Part shown: one piece after another, positions 42,801-51,289 of the stretch
Layout: each line of letters begins with the position of its first letter
Position numbering within the stretch: the first letter of the stretch is position 1
Translations under genes and position numbers: made by a program
Assembly: GCA_965197585.1 (NCBI GenBank)
Contig: OZ240215.1
Coordinates: 160,001 to 224,000 of the forward strand
Direction of reading: 5' to 3'
Origin: Dehalococcoidia bacterium
GTDB taxonomy: Bacteria; Chloroflexota; Dehalococcoidia; Plut-88900
DNA: 64,000 nt
Notes under the pieces: generated by a model
The model's input: the letters and a program-made list of their open reading frames with translations, nothing else
Database searches by the model: none
What the model was told of the DNA's origin: nothing

Positions 42801-45800
42801 CCAGCGACCCAACCATCACAAGTTCTGACACGTCCGTGGGCACGGACTCGGTATCCGGGCTTAGCTCGTCCGGGAGCAGCGATGAGTCGATCAGCCTGAC
42901 TGCTCCCTCGGACCCCGGCACCTACTACTATGGGGCCTGCGTGGACGAAGTATCCGACGAGTTGGACACCGCCAACAATTGCTCCTCTGCCGCGTCTGTC
43001 ACTGTCGGCGCAGCGCCCGCTCCCGACCTGGTCGTTGGCCCCCTCAATCTAGGGGGCAGCATCCCGCTAGCAGGAAAGTCCTTCCTTTTGAACGGCGGCG
43101 CGGAGAACCAGGGCGACGCCCCATCGGCCAGTACCACCTTGCGCTACTATCTTTCGACCGACACTACAATCACTACGAGTGATACGGAAATAGGCAATGC
43201 ATCGGTTAACCCACTCGGTCCGTCGGGAGGTTACAGAGCCGGTATCAGGCCCACTGCTCCCTCTACTCCCGGAACTTACTATTACGGCGCCTGCGTGGAC
43301 TCGGTATCCAGGGAGTTGGACACTACCAACAATTGCTCCACTGTGTTGGAAGTCGTAGTTGGGGCGGCCCCGGTCCCCGACCTGGTCGTAGACGCGTCCA
43401 CGGTCAGCGAGAGCGCTCCGGCGGCAGGAGCCCGGTTCACCCTGAGCGCAATGGTGCGCAACCAGGGCGATGACCGGTCAGACTCAACCACTCTGCGCTA
43501 CTACCGGTCCACCGACGCAACAATTACGACTTCAGACACATCCGTGGGCACCGACTCGGTGAACGGGCTGAATGCATCCGGGAGCAGTCCCGAGTCGATC
43601 AGTCTGACTGCACCGTCAACACCCGGTACCTACTACTACGGCGCCTGCGTGGACTCGGTCACCGGGGAGTCTGACACGACGAACAACTGCTCCGTAGCGG
43701 TGACAGTGGTCGTGGGTGCCGCACCTGCCCCTGACCTGGTAGTCGGAGTGCCTAATCTAGGAGGCAGTGTTCCGACCGCAGGAAATACCTTCATTCTGAA
43801 CGCCTCTGTGCGCAACCAAGGCAGTGCCCCTTCGGCCAGCACCACCTTGCGCTACTATCTCTCAACTGACTCAACCATCACCACTGGTGACACACAACTC
43901 GGCACAGTCTCGGTGATCCCACTAGGGGCGCCGGGAGGTTCCGTAGGCAATATCAGGCCGACTGCGCCGTCGACACCCGGGACCTACTATTACGGGGCCT
44001 GCGTGGACTCGCTATCAGATGAGTCCGATACGACGAACAACTGCTCCAGTAGCCTTATCGTGACGATTTATCCTCCGGACCTCGTTGTCGACACGCCTAC
44101 AGTCAGAGTCAGCAGACCGCGTGCCGGAGCGACCTTCACGCTGAACGCCACGGTCCGCAACGACGGCGAAGGTTCATCAATTGCTACCACCCTGCGCTAC
44201 TACCGCTCCACCGATTCTACTATCACAAATTCTGACATGTCCGTGGGCACGGACTCAATATCCGGGCTTTCCTCGTACCTGAGTAGCTATGAATCGATCA
44301 GTGTGACTGCACCGTCGACACCCGGTACCTACTACTACGGCGCTTGCGTGGACTCGGTCACCGGAGAGTCCGACACGACGAACAACTGCTCCATTGCGGT
44401 AACCGTGGGCGTGGGTGCTGCGCCTGCGCCCGACCTTGCAGTGGACACGCCCACGGTTAGCAACAGCAGCCCGACTGCAGGAGCGTCCTTCACTCTGAGC
44501 GCCACGGTGCGCAACCAGGGCAGCAGTTCATCAACTTCTACCACTTTGCGCTACTACCGCTCTACCGATTCGACTATCACAAGCTCTGATACATCCGTTG
44601 GCACGGACTCGGTATCCGGGCTTAACTCGTCCGGGAGCGGCGATGAATCGATCAGTCTGACTGCACCGTCGACACCCGGTACCTACTACTATGGCGCGTG
44701 CGTGGAATCGGTATCCGGCGAGTCCGATACGACCAACAACTGCTCCGCGGCGGTGGCTGTAATTATCGCCGCAGTCAGTGTTCCGAGTTCCCCCTCTGGA
44801 TTGACAGCAACCGCGAACGGTTCGACACAGATCGACCTGTCGTGGACGGCACCCTCGGATAACGGTGGTGCTAACATTGCCGGCTACAAGATAGAAGTCT
44901 CCACCGACGGGTCGTCGTGGAGCGACCTTGTAGCCAACACCAATGCCACCGGCACCAGTTACAGCCACACAGGTCTCACGGCGGGAAGCACCCGGCACTA
45001 TCGGGTCTCGGCCATCAACTCTGCTGGGACGGGCTCGGTATCAAATGTCGGCATGGCCACTACAGTCTCCCAGCCCAACAGAGCACCGGTTGCTGTCGGT
45101 ACGATCCCGGACTGGGTTAGTGTACCGGACGGTTGGGAATGGCTAGACGTTTCCTCCTACTTCAGTGATCCGGACGACGACACGCTTTCCTACAGTGCAG
45201 TATCAAGCGACACCGCCGTGGCGATTTCGGATGGCGTGCTCGGCAGCCGGGTATTGATCAGCGCGCTCAAACTCGGAACCGCGACGATGACGGTCACCGC
45301 CCGTGATCCCGGCGGACGGGAAGCCACGCAGACTATCAGCGTAACAGTCAAGTATCCCAACCGACGACCGGAGAGAGTTGGAACAATTCCCAACCAGTCC
45401 ATCGTGGTTGGCCAGACCACCATGGTGGATGTTTCCTCCTACTTCCGCGATCAAGATGGGGACCTGTTGTCCTACGGGGTCGAGACCTCAAACGTAAACG
45501 CAGTCACGGTCTCCGTATCCGGAAGTACGGTGACTATCAGGGGCGTAAGCGCGGCCCCGCTCACGTGGGTGTGGGTGATCGCTCGCGATCCGGACGGTAA
45601 CGAGGCCAGACAGCAATTCAGCGTGGGGGTCCGGGAGCCGGTCACGTTGCGCATTACACAATGCTTCATCTTTGAGAATCAACATTTTGCCAGGTTTAAA
45701 GTTACGGCGCGCGTTTCCGTGTCCTCCCTAATCGTCAAGACGTACGCAGTCGACTCCAGAAACAACGAGCAACATATTATGGAGACCACAAATATAGGTG

Positions 45801-45910
45801 ACCTCTCCGCTGGTAATTCCCACGAAGAACTAACAACGAGGTACTTCCCAGCACACTTGGCCAGATTCCTCACAACTTGTGGTGTAAGTGCGACTGCGAC
45901 TAGCAATTGA
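36866..45910 (+). CDS. Giant (~3000 aa) lipoprotein: S8 subtilase + FN3 + 16 CARDB-like repeats + FN3 + 2 cadherin/Ig-like domains
   Basis: Lipobox ILAC; catalytic VGVIDIG / THGT / GTSQASPHVAG; FN3 (W.AP.D.GG..I.GY) on both sides of the repeats; PDL.V...NQG...YYYGACVD...NNCS x16; NR.P..VGTIP...YF.D.D.D.L.Y x2. Confidence 0.9.
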   Translation: MNIVDGWPRPAMLALKSAVGMLALIAILACGDSADELSPTATPPSIQFATPPGATSTSADDQSGSDIDIQLDGTPTPYPTATPYPTATPYPTATPYVVDAGTDGKTATESTAGDSTESSTSGPTTGITIPKKTDLERPKVGSKLDGLIAKVEAGEISPREAAREAPLHLGESVGVTIWLSGNVDGVVRFLENNGATNIAAGEDYIEAYVPVLLLVETSQQAGVLQIRLIQPPGETGSTFQIAGNGPGVHGSAAWNQAGYSGQGIKVGVIDIGFSGLQEVLGTEVPANVQARCYTVLGLHTRNLSDCGGGTHGTEVSESVVDIAPEVTLYISDPRSRTELQDAVDWMISEGVSVINHSRLWPFDGPGDGTSPFSISPLNTIDTAVSAGIVWVNAAGNQARGVWFQRGPFEYTTINVDGEDVKFLRFSGSEFKNTGSYVGGKLELRWEDDWGRANTDLDLFALARGTDDIALQSIDLQSGGEGHYPYETVGGLATFDILVAHRGGSEPDWIQLIGWGPTRLTVNSSGAGSIINPAESASPGLLAVGAAPWYSASTIEGFSSRGPTPDGRIKPDIVAADCGQTATGDRGFCGTSQASPHVAGMVALVRQRFPQYTPAQVVSYLKENAQQRITSPDPNNTWGHGFLVLPPITGITTTIAPAAPTALIASADGQTQIILSWRAPSDDGGTPITGYRIEASTNGSAWSDLVANTRSTATNYSHTGLTAGSTRHYRVSAINSAGAGTASNVANDTTDVASVSDLLVDSPTVSDSAPAARARFTLNATVRNEGNGPSAFTTLRYYQSSDATITSSDTPVGTDSVSRLDASESGDEWISLTAPSTHGTYYYGACVDSVSDESNMTNNCSPAVAVFVGVAPAPDLVVDTPTVDASAPAAGARFSLSAKVRNEGNGSSAFTTLRYYQSSDSRITSSDTSVGTDSVSSLDALESGDESISLVAPSTPGTYYYGACVDSLSDELDAQNNCSSAVTVTVGVAPAPDLVLDTPTVSESVPAAGARFTLNATVRNQGNGSSTFTTLRYYRSTDSAITTSDNPVGTDLLFRLDDSEAGDEWISLTAPSDPGTYYYGACVDSVTDELDTTNNCSSAVTVTVGVAPAPDLVMDTPTVSESAPAAGARFTLNVTVRNQGNGPSDSTTLRYYRSTDSTITTGDAEAGTDSVFRLGVSANGDEWISLTAPSDPGTYYYGACVDAVSDELDTTNNCSAAVTVNVGRAPAPDLVVGPLNLGGSIPLAGKSFLLNGGAENQGDAPSASTTLRYYLSTDTTITTSDTEIGNASVIPLGPSGGYRAGIRPTAPSTPGTYYYGACVDSVSGELDTTNNCSTALEVVVGAAPVPDLVVDTPTVSESAPAAGARFTLSATVRNQGNDRSDSTTLRYYRSTDSTITASDTAAGTDFVSRLDGLETGDEFISVTAPSDPGTYYYGACVDSVTEESDTTNNCSSAVTVSVGAAPAPDLFVDTPTVSERAPAAGALFTLSATVRNQGNDRSDSTTLRYYWSTDSTITTSDTAAGTDSVSGLSSNGTSDESISVTAPSDPGTYYYGACVDGVTDESDTTNNCSTAVTVNVGRAPAPDLVVGPLNLGGSIPLAGKSFLLNSGAENQGDAPSASTTLRYYLSTDTTITTSDTEIGNASVVPLGPSGGYRAGIRPTAPSTPGTYYYGACVDSVSGELDTTNNCSTALEVVVGAAPVPDLVVDTPTVSESAPAAEARFTLNATVRNRSNGSSTFTTLRYYRSTDSTITSSDTSVGTDLVSGLSSSGSSDESISLTAPSTPGTYYYGACVDSVTDESDTTNNCSVAVTVVVGAAPAPDLVVAMPTVSDNSPTAGASFTLNATVRNQGNGSSTFTTLRYYRSTDSTITSSDTSVGTDFVSRLDAAETGDESISLTAPSDPGTYYYGACVDSVTDELDTTNNCSSAVTVTVGAAPAPDLVMDTPTVSESAPAAGASFTLNATVRNQGNGSSAFTTLRYYQSSDPTITSSDTSVGTDSVSGLSSSGSSDESISLTAPSDPGTYYYGACVDEVSDELDTANNCSSAASVTVGAAPAPDLVVGPLNLGGSIPLAGKSFLLNGGAENQGDAPSASTTLRYYLSTDTTITTSDTEIGNASVNPLGPSGGYRAGIRPTAPSTPGTYYYGACVDSVSRELDTTNNCSTVLEVVVGAAPVPDLVVDASTVSESAPAAGARFTLSAMVRNQGDDRSDSTTLRYYRSTDATITTSDTSVGTDSVNGLNASGSSPESISLTAPSTPGTYYYGACVDSVTGESDTTNNCSVAVTVVVGAAPAPDLVVGVPNLGGSVPTAGNTFILNASVRNQGSAPSASTTLRYYLSTDSTITTGDTQLGTVSVIPLGAPGGSVGNIRPTAPSTPGTYYYGACVDSLSDESDTTNNCSSSLIVTIYPPDLVVDTPTVRVSRPRAGATFTLNATVRNDGEGSSIATTLRYYRSTDSTITNSDMSVGTDSISGLSSYLSSYESISVTAPSTPGTYYYGACVDSVTGESDTTNNCSIAVTVGVGAAPAPDLAVDTPTVSNSSPTAGASFTLSATVRNQGSSSSTSTTLRYYRSTDSTITSSDTSVGTDSVSGLNSSGSGDESISLTAPSTPGTYYYGACVESVSGESDTTNNCSAAVAVIIAAVSVPSSPSGLTATANGSTQIDLSWTAPSDNGGANIAGYKIEVSTDGSSWSDLVANTNATGTSYSHTGLTAGSTRHYRVSAINSAGTGSVSNVGMATTVSQPNRAPVAVGTIPDWVSVPDGWEWLDVSSYFSDPDDDTLSYSAVSSDTAVAISDGVLGSRVLISALKLGTATMTVTARDPGGREATQTISVTVKYPNRRPERVGTIPNQSIVVGQTTMVDVSSYFRDQDGDLLSYGVETSNVNAVTVSVSGSTVTIRGVSAAPLTWVWVIARDPDGNEARQQFSVGVREPVTLRITQCFIFENQHFARFKVTARVSVSSLIVKTYAVDSRNNEQHIMETTNIGDLSAGNSHEELTTRYFPAHLARFLTTCGVSATATSN
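39125..44770 (+). repeat. Tandem coding repeat, 16 units of mostly 354 bp (118 aa)
   Basis: YYYGACV motif recurs every 354 bp (one unit is 345 bp); two sequence subtypes. Confidence 0.9.
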
Positions 45911-45979
45911 TTGCGACAAGAGTAGAGATCAACTGACCTAAACATATGGGAGCAAGAGTTGCTTCTGAGGAGGTGAGAC

Positions 45980-46651
45980 GTGAATCATCTTGAGGGCTTA
46001 CACCGAGCTTTAAGACCGTGTTTGACACTGATAGTGGGCACTCTGGCCCTGCTGACGATGTTTGCCTGCAGCGGCTCAGAAATGATGCCCGAGCCCACCG
46101 TCCCATCCGAAGCGCCGCCCACGGCTATTTCTGCAAATGAAACAGAGAGCCCGACGCTGCCCCCGAAAGAGCAAGAACTCTACGATGCTATCTGGAAAAG
46201 CAGTGTCTCCCCGGATGAGTTGCGTGCGCTCATTTCCCAGGACAACCTGGTAAATGCCAACGACGAAGATGGCGACCCATTCCTGTATACAGCCATCTGG
46301 CGGGCCAACCCTGAGAAGGTGCAAATCCTGGTGGACGCCGGTGCGGAAGTGAACGCCAAGGATTCCTCTGGCGAACCGATGCTATACACAGCCATCTGGC
46401 GTGACAGGATTGAAGCGTTGAAGATTCTAGTAGACTCGGGTGCGGACGTGAATGCTCAGGATTCGGACAATGATCCGCTCTTGTACACCGCGGTGTGGCG
46501 GGACAAACAAGAGGCTCTGAAAATCCTGATAGAAGCAGGCGCTGACGTAAACGCACGAAGGGCCAACGGCGAGTCGTTGTTGTACGTAGCTCGCTGGCGG
46601 GGGAATGCGGAGATCGAGCAGATTCTCCTTGCCGCAGGGGCCACGGAATAG
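45980..46651 (+). CDS. Ankyrin-repeat lipoprotein
   Basis: Lipobox MFAC; four 33-aa repeats NAxDxxGxPxLYTA[IV]WR...ILxxAGAxV. Confidence 0.88.
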   Translation: MNHLEGLHRALRPCLTLIVGTLALLTMFACSGSEMMPEPTVPSEAPPTAISANETESPTLPPKEQELYDAIWKSSVSPDELRALISQDNLVNANDEDGDPFLYTAIWRANPEKVQILVDAGAEVNAKDSSGEPMLYTAIWRDRIEALKILVDSGADVNAQDSDNDPLLYTAVWRDKQEALKILIEAGADVNARRANGESLLYVARWRGNAEIEQILLAAGATE

Positions 46652-46707
46652 TTACGGGCGGCCGTCCGGGGTCGGCTTCGGTCGATATGTGTCGGAGGAA
46701 GTGAAGC

Positions 46708-47268
46708 ATGAACGATACACCCAACAGGAGTCTAATTTCCAGCCGGTCCATGAAATTGGTCGCCGGTGGGGTGTCTCTCCTGGCACTGGCCCTCTTGGCG
46801 ATGCTCGCGGTCGGCTTATTTGCCGCCGATCCAGAGCCGACTGTCACCAATTCCGCATCGGCCGCCCGGGATAACGAAGATTCTTCCCCCGAGGGCCGGG
46901 CCCTTCATACAGCCATTGCCGGGGGTGATAGCGAGACCGTTCGGATTCTGGTTGAGGGAGGCGCCGACGTAGGTGCTACAAACGACTTCGGCGATCCGGC
47001 CTTGCATGCCGCCATTGACGGAGAAAACCGCGAAATTGTCAGAATACTCGTGACGGCCGGCGCCGATGTTGACGCCAAGAACAGCTTTGGGGAGGCGGCC
47101 CTTCATAGCGCCATTGTGAAGGGAGACAGCGAATCGGTTCGGATTCTGGTGGAGGCAGGGGCGGACGTCAACATCACCAATGCCTTCGGTGATTCGGCCT
47201 TGAGCCGGGCGGTCCACGAAGGCAACAAGGAGATTCTGCAGATTCTAGCCAACGCCGGAAACAACTAA
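46708..47268 (+). CDS. Ankyrin-repeat protein with N-terminal signal/TM anchor
   Basis: Hydrophobic N-terminus; repeats N.FG..ALH.AI..G..E.VRILV.AGADV. Confidence 0.88.
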   Translation: MNDTPNRSLISSRSMKLVAGGVSLLALALLAMLAVGLFAADPEPTVTNSASAARDNEDSSPEGRALHTAIAGGDSETVRILVEGGADVGATNDFGDPALHAAIDGENREIVRILVTAGADVDAKNSFGEAALHSAIVKGDSESVRILVEAGADVNITNAFGDSALSRAVHEGNKEILQILANAGNN

Positions 47269-47286
47269 CAATGTCATATTGGTACA

Positions 47287-48231
47287 ATGATACGGTGGAC
47301 GGGGGCCTTTACAGGTAGACTGACTGGAGAAAACGAGCAAATTTTGGAGAGCAACGCCGGGCGTAGGACACTGAAAATACTCTTGAAGATCGCAGTTGGC
47401 ACGCTGGTGTTGCTGGCAATAATTGCCTGCAACGGCCCTGATGAGGGCTCAGCGTCTTCACCCACACCTCCTACCGGTATGTTCTCCACCCTGCCCACAA
47501 CGGAACCTCCCATAGAGGGTGACCAGCCGCCCACCGTCGAGCTGAACACGCCCCAGCCAACGCTCACACCTAATCCCACCTACACCCCAGTGCCGACTCC
47601 CACTCCCAATCCGACGGGCACTCCAGAACCCACACCCACCCCCAACCCGACAGGCACTCCCGTGCCGACGCCAGAGCCAACACCTGATCCTACGCCCGTG
47701 CCAACACCCGAGCCCACGCCTCAGCCAACACCCGTACCTACGCCGACTCTCAACCCCACTGCCACTTCCAATCCCACAGCCACACCCGACGGAAATAATA
47801 GTGGAACTAATACGGCCGGTGACGGGGCACTACACAGAGCGGTTGGCAATTGCAATTTAGAACTTGTCAAGATCCTCATTGCAGCAGGTGCAGATGTTAA
47901 TTCGAGAGATGAATGGCCCACTGAAGATATGCCCCTCCATAAGGCTCTTAAGAGAAATTGTGATTCTGCCATGGTGCAGTTCCTCGTAGAGTCGGGCGCG
48001 GACCTTAACGAGTTATCGGACTGGCCAGGAGAATACACCCCCCTCCAATTGGCAGTATGGGAAACGATAATTGCTGACAACAGTGCCGATAGGGATGCAA
48101 TGCTGATTGTGGTACAGGTTCTTGTCGACTTGGGGGCTGACATCAACGCAGGCGCATTCTCGCCCCTTGAAAACGCGGTAGCAAATGAGGACTCTGCTCT
48201 GGTGCGAATCTTGACTGGTGATTCCAACTAA
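47287..48231 (+). CDS. Ankyrin-repeat lipoprotein with long Pro/Thr stalk (start uncertain)
   Basis: Lipobox IIAC, (PTPxPT)n linker, ALHRAV...[15 protein letters not shown]...GADLN, TPLQLAV...GADIN. Confidence 0.85.
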   Translation: MIRWTGAFTGRLTGENEQILESNAGRRTLKILLKIAVGTLVLLAIIACNGPDEGSASSPTPPTGMFSTLPTTEPPIEGDQPPTVELNTPQPTLTPNPTYTPVPTPTPNPTGTPEPTPTPNPTGTPVPTPEPTPDPTPVPTPEPTPQPTPVPTPTLNPTATSNPTATPDGNNSGTNTAGDGALHRAVGNCNLELVKILIAAGADVNSRDEWPTEDMPLHKALKRNCDSAMVQFLVESGADLNELSDWPGEYTPLQLAVWETIIADNSADRDAMLIVVQVLVDLGADINAGAFSPLENAVANEDSALVRILTGDSN

Positions 48232-48381
48232 TCCAATTTATTGTCCGCTCACATCCCGCAAATCGGTCACTGGCAATTCCTCCGTTACACAAGCCAGGGA
48301 TTCATCGCAACCGTAATACATCCATTCTTTGAGATATTCACGGAACCGAGTCACGTCCCTTCTGGCGAAGACGTGATAAGG

Positions 48382-49188
48382 CTAGCCACCGCCATCCACA
48401 CGCACTGCCTCCAGAGCGTGTGCTGGTGTCCAGCCCTTGAGCTCTCCACCCGGAAGGGCGACCTGCAACCAGCCGTGGCGTGAGTCGACCAGGCGCACCT
48501 GGGCTCCGCTGTGGAGAGCGAATACCTCCTCGTATTGCTGACCGGGACCGCTCAGTACCTCAACGGTGTCTTCAGTTACCACGCCCGTGTTCTTGTAGGG
48601 ATTGGAGTAGAGCATACTCAACAACAGAACCAGGCATATCAGCATGGCGGCAAAGCTGGCGGCGGATCCACCCCTGAGAATGTTTCTTCGTTGCATATCC
48701 GTTCGGATTATTAGTGTGCCTACTGCCGCGGCACCCGCTGCCCAGAGTAGTAGTGCCGCCGCGCCGAACTCTCCTGTAGTGGCCCATCGGCGCCCAAAAT
48801 CCGATATGCTCGCGACGAGGGAGTCTCCTTCGGCCTCTAACTGGTCCACCGTCCTGCCGCGAGCGAGTTCAAGATTAGCGAGTATGTCCGGGTCGCGGGG
48901 CGACAACTCCTCGGCCCGCAGGTAGTTCAGGATTGCACGTCCCAGGTCGCCGCTCTCCAGGTAGGCGTTGCCGAGGTTGTAATGTACGCCGGCGTCCCGG
49001 TATCCCCGCCCGATCAGGGCTTCATACTGCTGTACGGCTTCTGCGTACTCTTCACGGTCGTAGTGGACGTTGGCTCTGGCCATCAACTCTACCGGAGACG
49101 GCTCTTGGGCGATAACGCCTCCGGCCAGCGCCGCAAGCAGCCCTAGCGCCGCCACCGGAACGATCAAGAGTTTCCACAACGCTGTCAT
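48382..49188 (-). CDS. batE: BatE-like TPR + SH3b protein
   Basis: HYNLGNAY...GDLGRAILNYLRA..LSPRD.DI..NL, two TM helices, SGP...LH.G..V...W...GW. Position at the end of the bat operon. Confidence 0.8.
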   Translation of the reverse strand: MTALWKLLIVPVAALGLLAALAGGVIAQEPSPVELMARANVHYDREEYAEAVQQYEALIGRGYRDAGVHYNLGNAYLESGDLGRAILNYLRAEELSPRDPDILANLELARGRTVDQLEAEGDSLVASISDFGRRWATTGEFGAAALLLWAAGAAAVGTLIIRTDMQRRNILRGGSAASFAAMLICLVLLLSMLYSNPYKNTGVVTEDTVEVLSGPGQQYEEVFALHSGAQVRLVDSRHGWLQVALPGGELKGWTPAHALEAVRVDGGG

Positions 49189-50582
49189 TGGCCGATAGCC
49201 CCCTCGAGTTCGGACAATAGCTGCGCCGCCCGATTGGCGTAATCCCCGGCCTCAATGGAACTATCAGACGGCGGGGAATAGCTTACAGCCTCGCCCGCAG
49301 ACAGGCTTTCTTCAACCCGCCGTTCCAAATCAGAACCGACCCCAGCGTCCCGAATCCGCTCCAGGAGCCCCTGGCGTGTGAGGCCGCTCACCGGCGTTTC
49401 AAGCCGAGCCGAGAGGTAAGACACCACTGCCTGGGCGGTGGCGGCCCTCGGGTCAACCCCTGTGGTTAGGGCGCGCGACAATGCCTCCTGAGCATCGGGC
49501 AGTGCGTTTCGCTTAAGGGCCTCGGCGCGTGCAGTTTCCAACCTCGCTCGTCTGCGCCGCCAGAGCACCGCGCCCACAATAGCCAGCGCCGGTAGGCTCC
49601 ATACGGCCCAGTACAATGTGCTGCCAATGAACTCTCTCCCGGCCTGGCTGAGAGACGGAGGCGCTGGTTTGATGGATTTCATCTCAGGGCCCTCCTCCCC
49701 TGTCGCCGGGTCGGGGAGGGGCGGGACCTCAGGCAGTCTTTCGGCTCCGACAACGGAAATGACAATAGGAGCAGTCCCGGCCTCAACGTACTGCTCCAAC
49801 CCCGGGTCGAAATGGGTATACCCGATTTCGGGGATAGTCAGTTCTCCGGCCTGTTCCGGGACCAGGACAATTCCGTAAGTGCGGCTTCCGGTGATCTGGC
49901 CCGCGACTACTTGACTGTCCGTATCGGCTGGGGATTCGATGACGCGCCAGCCGGCGAACTCAGGCCATGCAGGGTCCGGGAGCGCCTCGATATTCCCCTC
50001 CCCCGAAACCGTTACCCTGAGTTGCACAGGTTCATTCACTTGCCCGGCAGCTGAATCCGCCTCGGCGAAGATGTCGAACCTGCCGACCGCACCGGTGAAT
50101 CCACCCGGGGATCCCGAAGGGAGTGGCCGCACCTGGACTGTCACGGGAGGGGCCTCCAATTTGCCCTGTCCTCCGGGGGTCCCGTCTGGGATTGTCAAGG
50201 CAGCGGCCTTAATGGCAACCGTTCCCTGGACAGTGGGGAACAACACCGTTCGCAGTTCGATGACCTGGTATTCGTTGGAATCTATGGTCTCGGTATACTC
50301 ATCCTGCTCCACCGATTGGCTGTTCCAGAATCCTGCGAAATCCGGCGACTCATACCGCACTTCTCCGGACGGCAGGGTGACACCTGACTTTTGGTAGAGC
50401 TTGAATATATATGTTATCTGTTGTCCCAAGTAGGGCCGATCATTATCCACTGAAGCCCTGACGAACAGAGAAGCATCTGGGGGAGACTGAGCGTGAGCGG
50501 ATGGAAGGATCACCAACGACATCGTTACTACTACGATGGATGTGACGGTCAAAATCCGGAGAAACTTTCTTAAGTCTGACAC
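49185..50582 (-). CDS. batD: BatD-family protein
   Basis: Signal peptide, Y.GQQ.....LY, P.F.GFW, V.PLP...FTGAVG.F, V.GEGNI, C-terminal TM. Confidence 0.8.
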   Translation of the reverse strand: MSDLRKFLRILTVTSIVVVTMSLVILPSAHAQSPPDASLFVRASVDNDRPYLGQQITYIFKLYQKSGVTLPSGEVRYESPDFAGFWNSQSVEQDEYTETIDSNEYQVIELRTVLFPTVQGTVAIKAAALTIPDGTPGGQGKLEAPPVTVQVRPLPSGSPGGFTGAVGRFDIFAEADSAAGQVNEPVQLRVTVSGEGNIEALPDPAWPEFAGWRVIESPADTDSQVVAGQITGSRTYGIVLVPEQAGELTIPEIGYTHFDPGLEQYVEAGTAPIVISVVGAERLPEVPPLPDPATGEEGPEMKSIKPAPPSLSQAGREFIGSTLYWAVWSLPALAIVGAVLWRRRRARLETARAEALKRNALPDAQEALSRALTTGVDPRAATAQAVVSYLSARLETPVSGLTRQGLLERIRDAGVGSDLERRVEESLSAGEAVSYSPPSDSSIEAGDYANRAAQLLSELEGAIGQ

Positions 50583-50590
50583 TTGCGGGC

Positions 50591-51289
50591 CTACCAGTCG
50601 AACTCACTGGGGGGTTTAGGAGATACCAGCGTCTGACCCCGCCGCTCCTGGAGCGTTTGAGCGCTTTCGCCAACAGACTCCAGTATCTGTCGGGCTTGCG
50701 CTTCAGTTATGGGGTTCTCTTGCTCTTGTTTCTCTTGCTCTTGTTTCTCTTGCTCTTGTTCCTCTTGCTGCTGGTCCTCCTCCTCTTCCTCCTGTTGTTC
50801 GTCCTGTTCCTGTTCTTCCTCCTCTTGTTCCTCTTGTTGCTGGTCCTGCTCCTCTTCCGGCGGCGGTAGCTGGTTCAACGCCAGTTCCAGATTATGCTTG
50901 GCGTCTTCGTCATCCGGGTTCATCCGCAACACTTCCTTATAGGCTTCGACCGCCTGGCGATATTGCTGCTGCTGAAATAAGGCGTTGCCCCGGTTAAAAA
51001 ACCCACTGGACCGCAACTCACCCTGAGCGTGCTTTAGAGACTCGTCGAAATCCTGAACCGAGTCCTCATACTCTCCCGTGCGATACAGAACGTTCCCGGA
51101 GTTGTAGAACGGTTCTCCCGACTTGGAGGAGCGTTCCTGCGCGAATTGATACGCCTCAAGGGCGGCGAGATAATCGCCGCTGAGGTACAGGTCATGGCCC
51201 GAGTTGTTAACCTCCGCCGATGTAGTCCCGCATGCCATCAGGCAGATTGCGAGAACTGCAGTGGCAGCTAGGATTCCCCGACTAAACAT
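50591..51289 (-). CDS. batC: BatC-like TPR lipoprotein with Gln/Glu-rich tail
   Basis: Lipobox LMAC, YN.GN..Y, FNRGNALF..A.EAYK..LR.NP.D.DAK.NL, Q/E tract, terminal DW. Confidence 0.8.
   Translation of the reverse strand: MFSRGILAATAVLAICLMACGTTSAEVNNSGHDLYLSGDYLAALEAYQFAQERSSKSGEPFYNSGNVLYRTGEYEDSVQDFDESLKHAQGELRSSGFFNRGNALFQQQQYRQAVEAYKEVLRMNPDDEDAKHNLELALNQLPPPEEEQDQQQEEQEEEEQEQDEQQEEEEEDQQQEEQEQEKQEQEKQEQENPITEAQARQILESVGESAQTLQERRGQTLVSPKPPSEFDW
50715..50759. repeat. 15-bp tandem repeat x3 in the BatC low-complexity tail
   Basis: TTCTCTTGCTCTTGT repeated three times perfectly. Confidence 0.8.

Noticed and set aside
39046-44877. Regularly spaced 62-69 aa minus-strand ORFs and a 354-bp periodicity resembling an array or cassette system
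   Set aside because: Antisense shadows of the coding repeats in the giant protease; no spacer-repeat structure and no cas or integrase genes.
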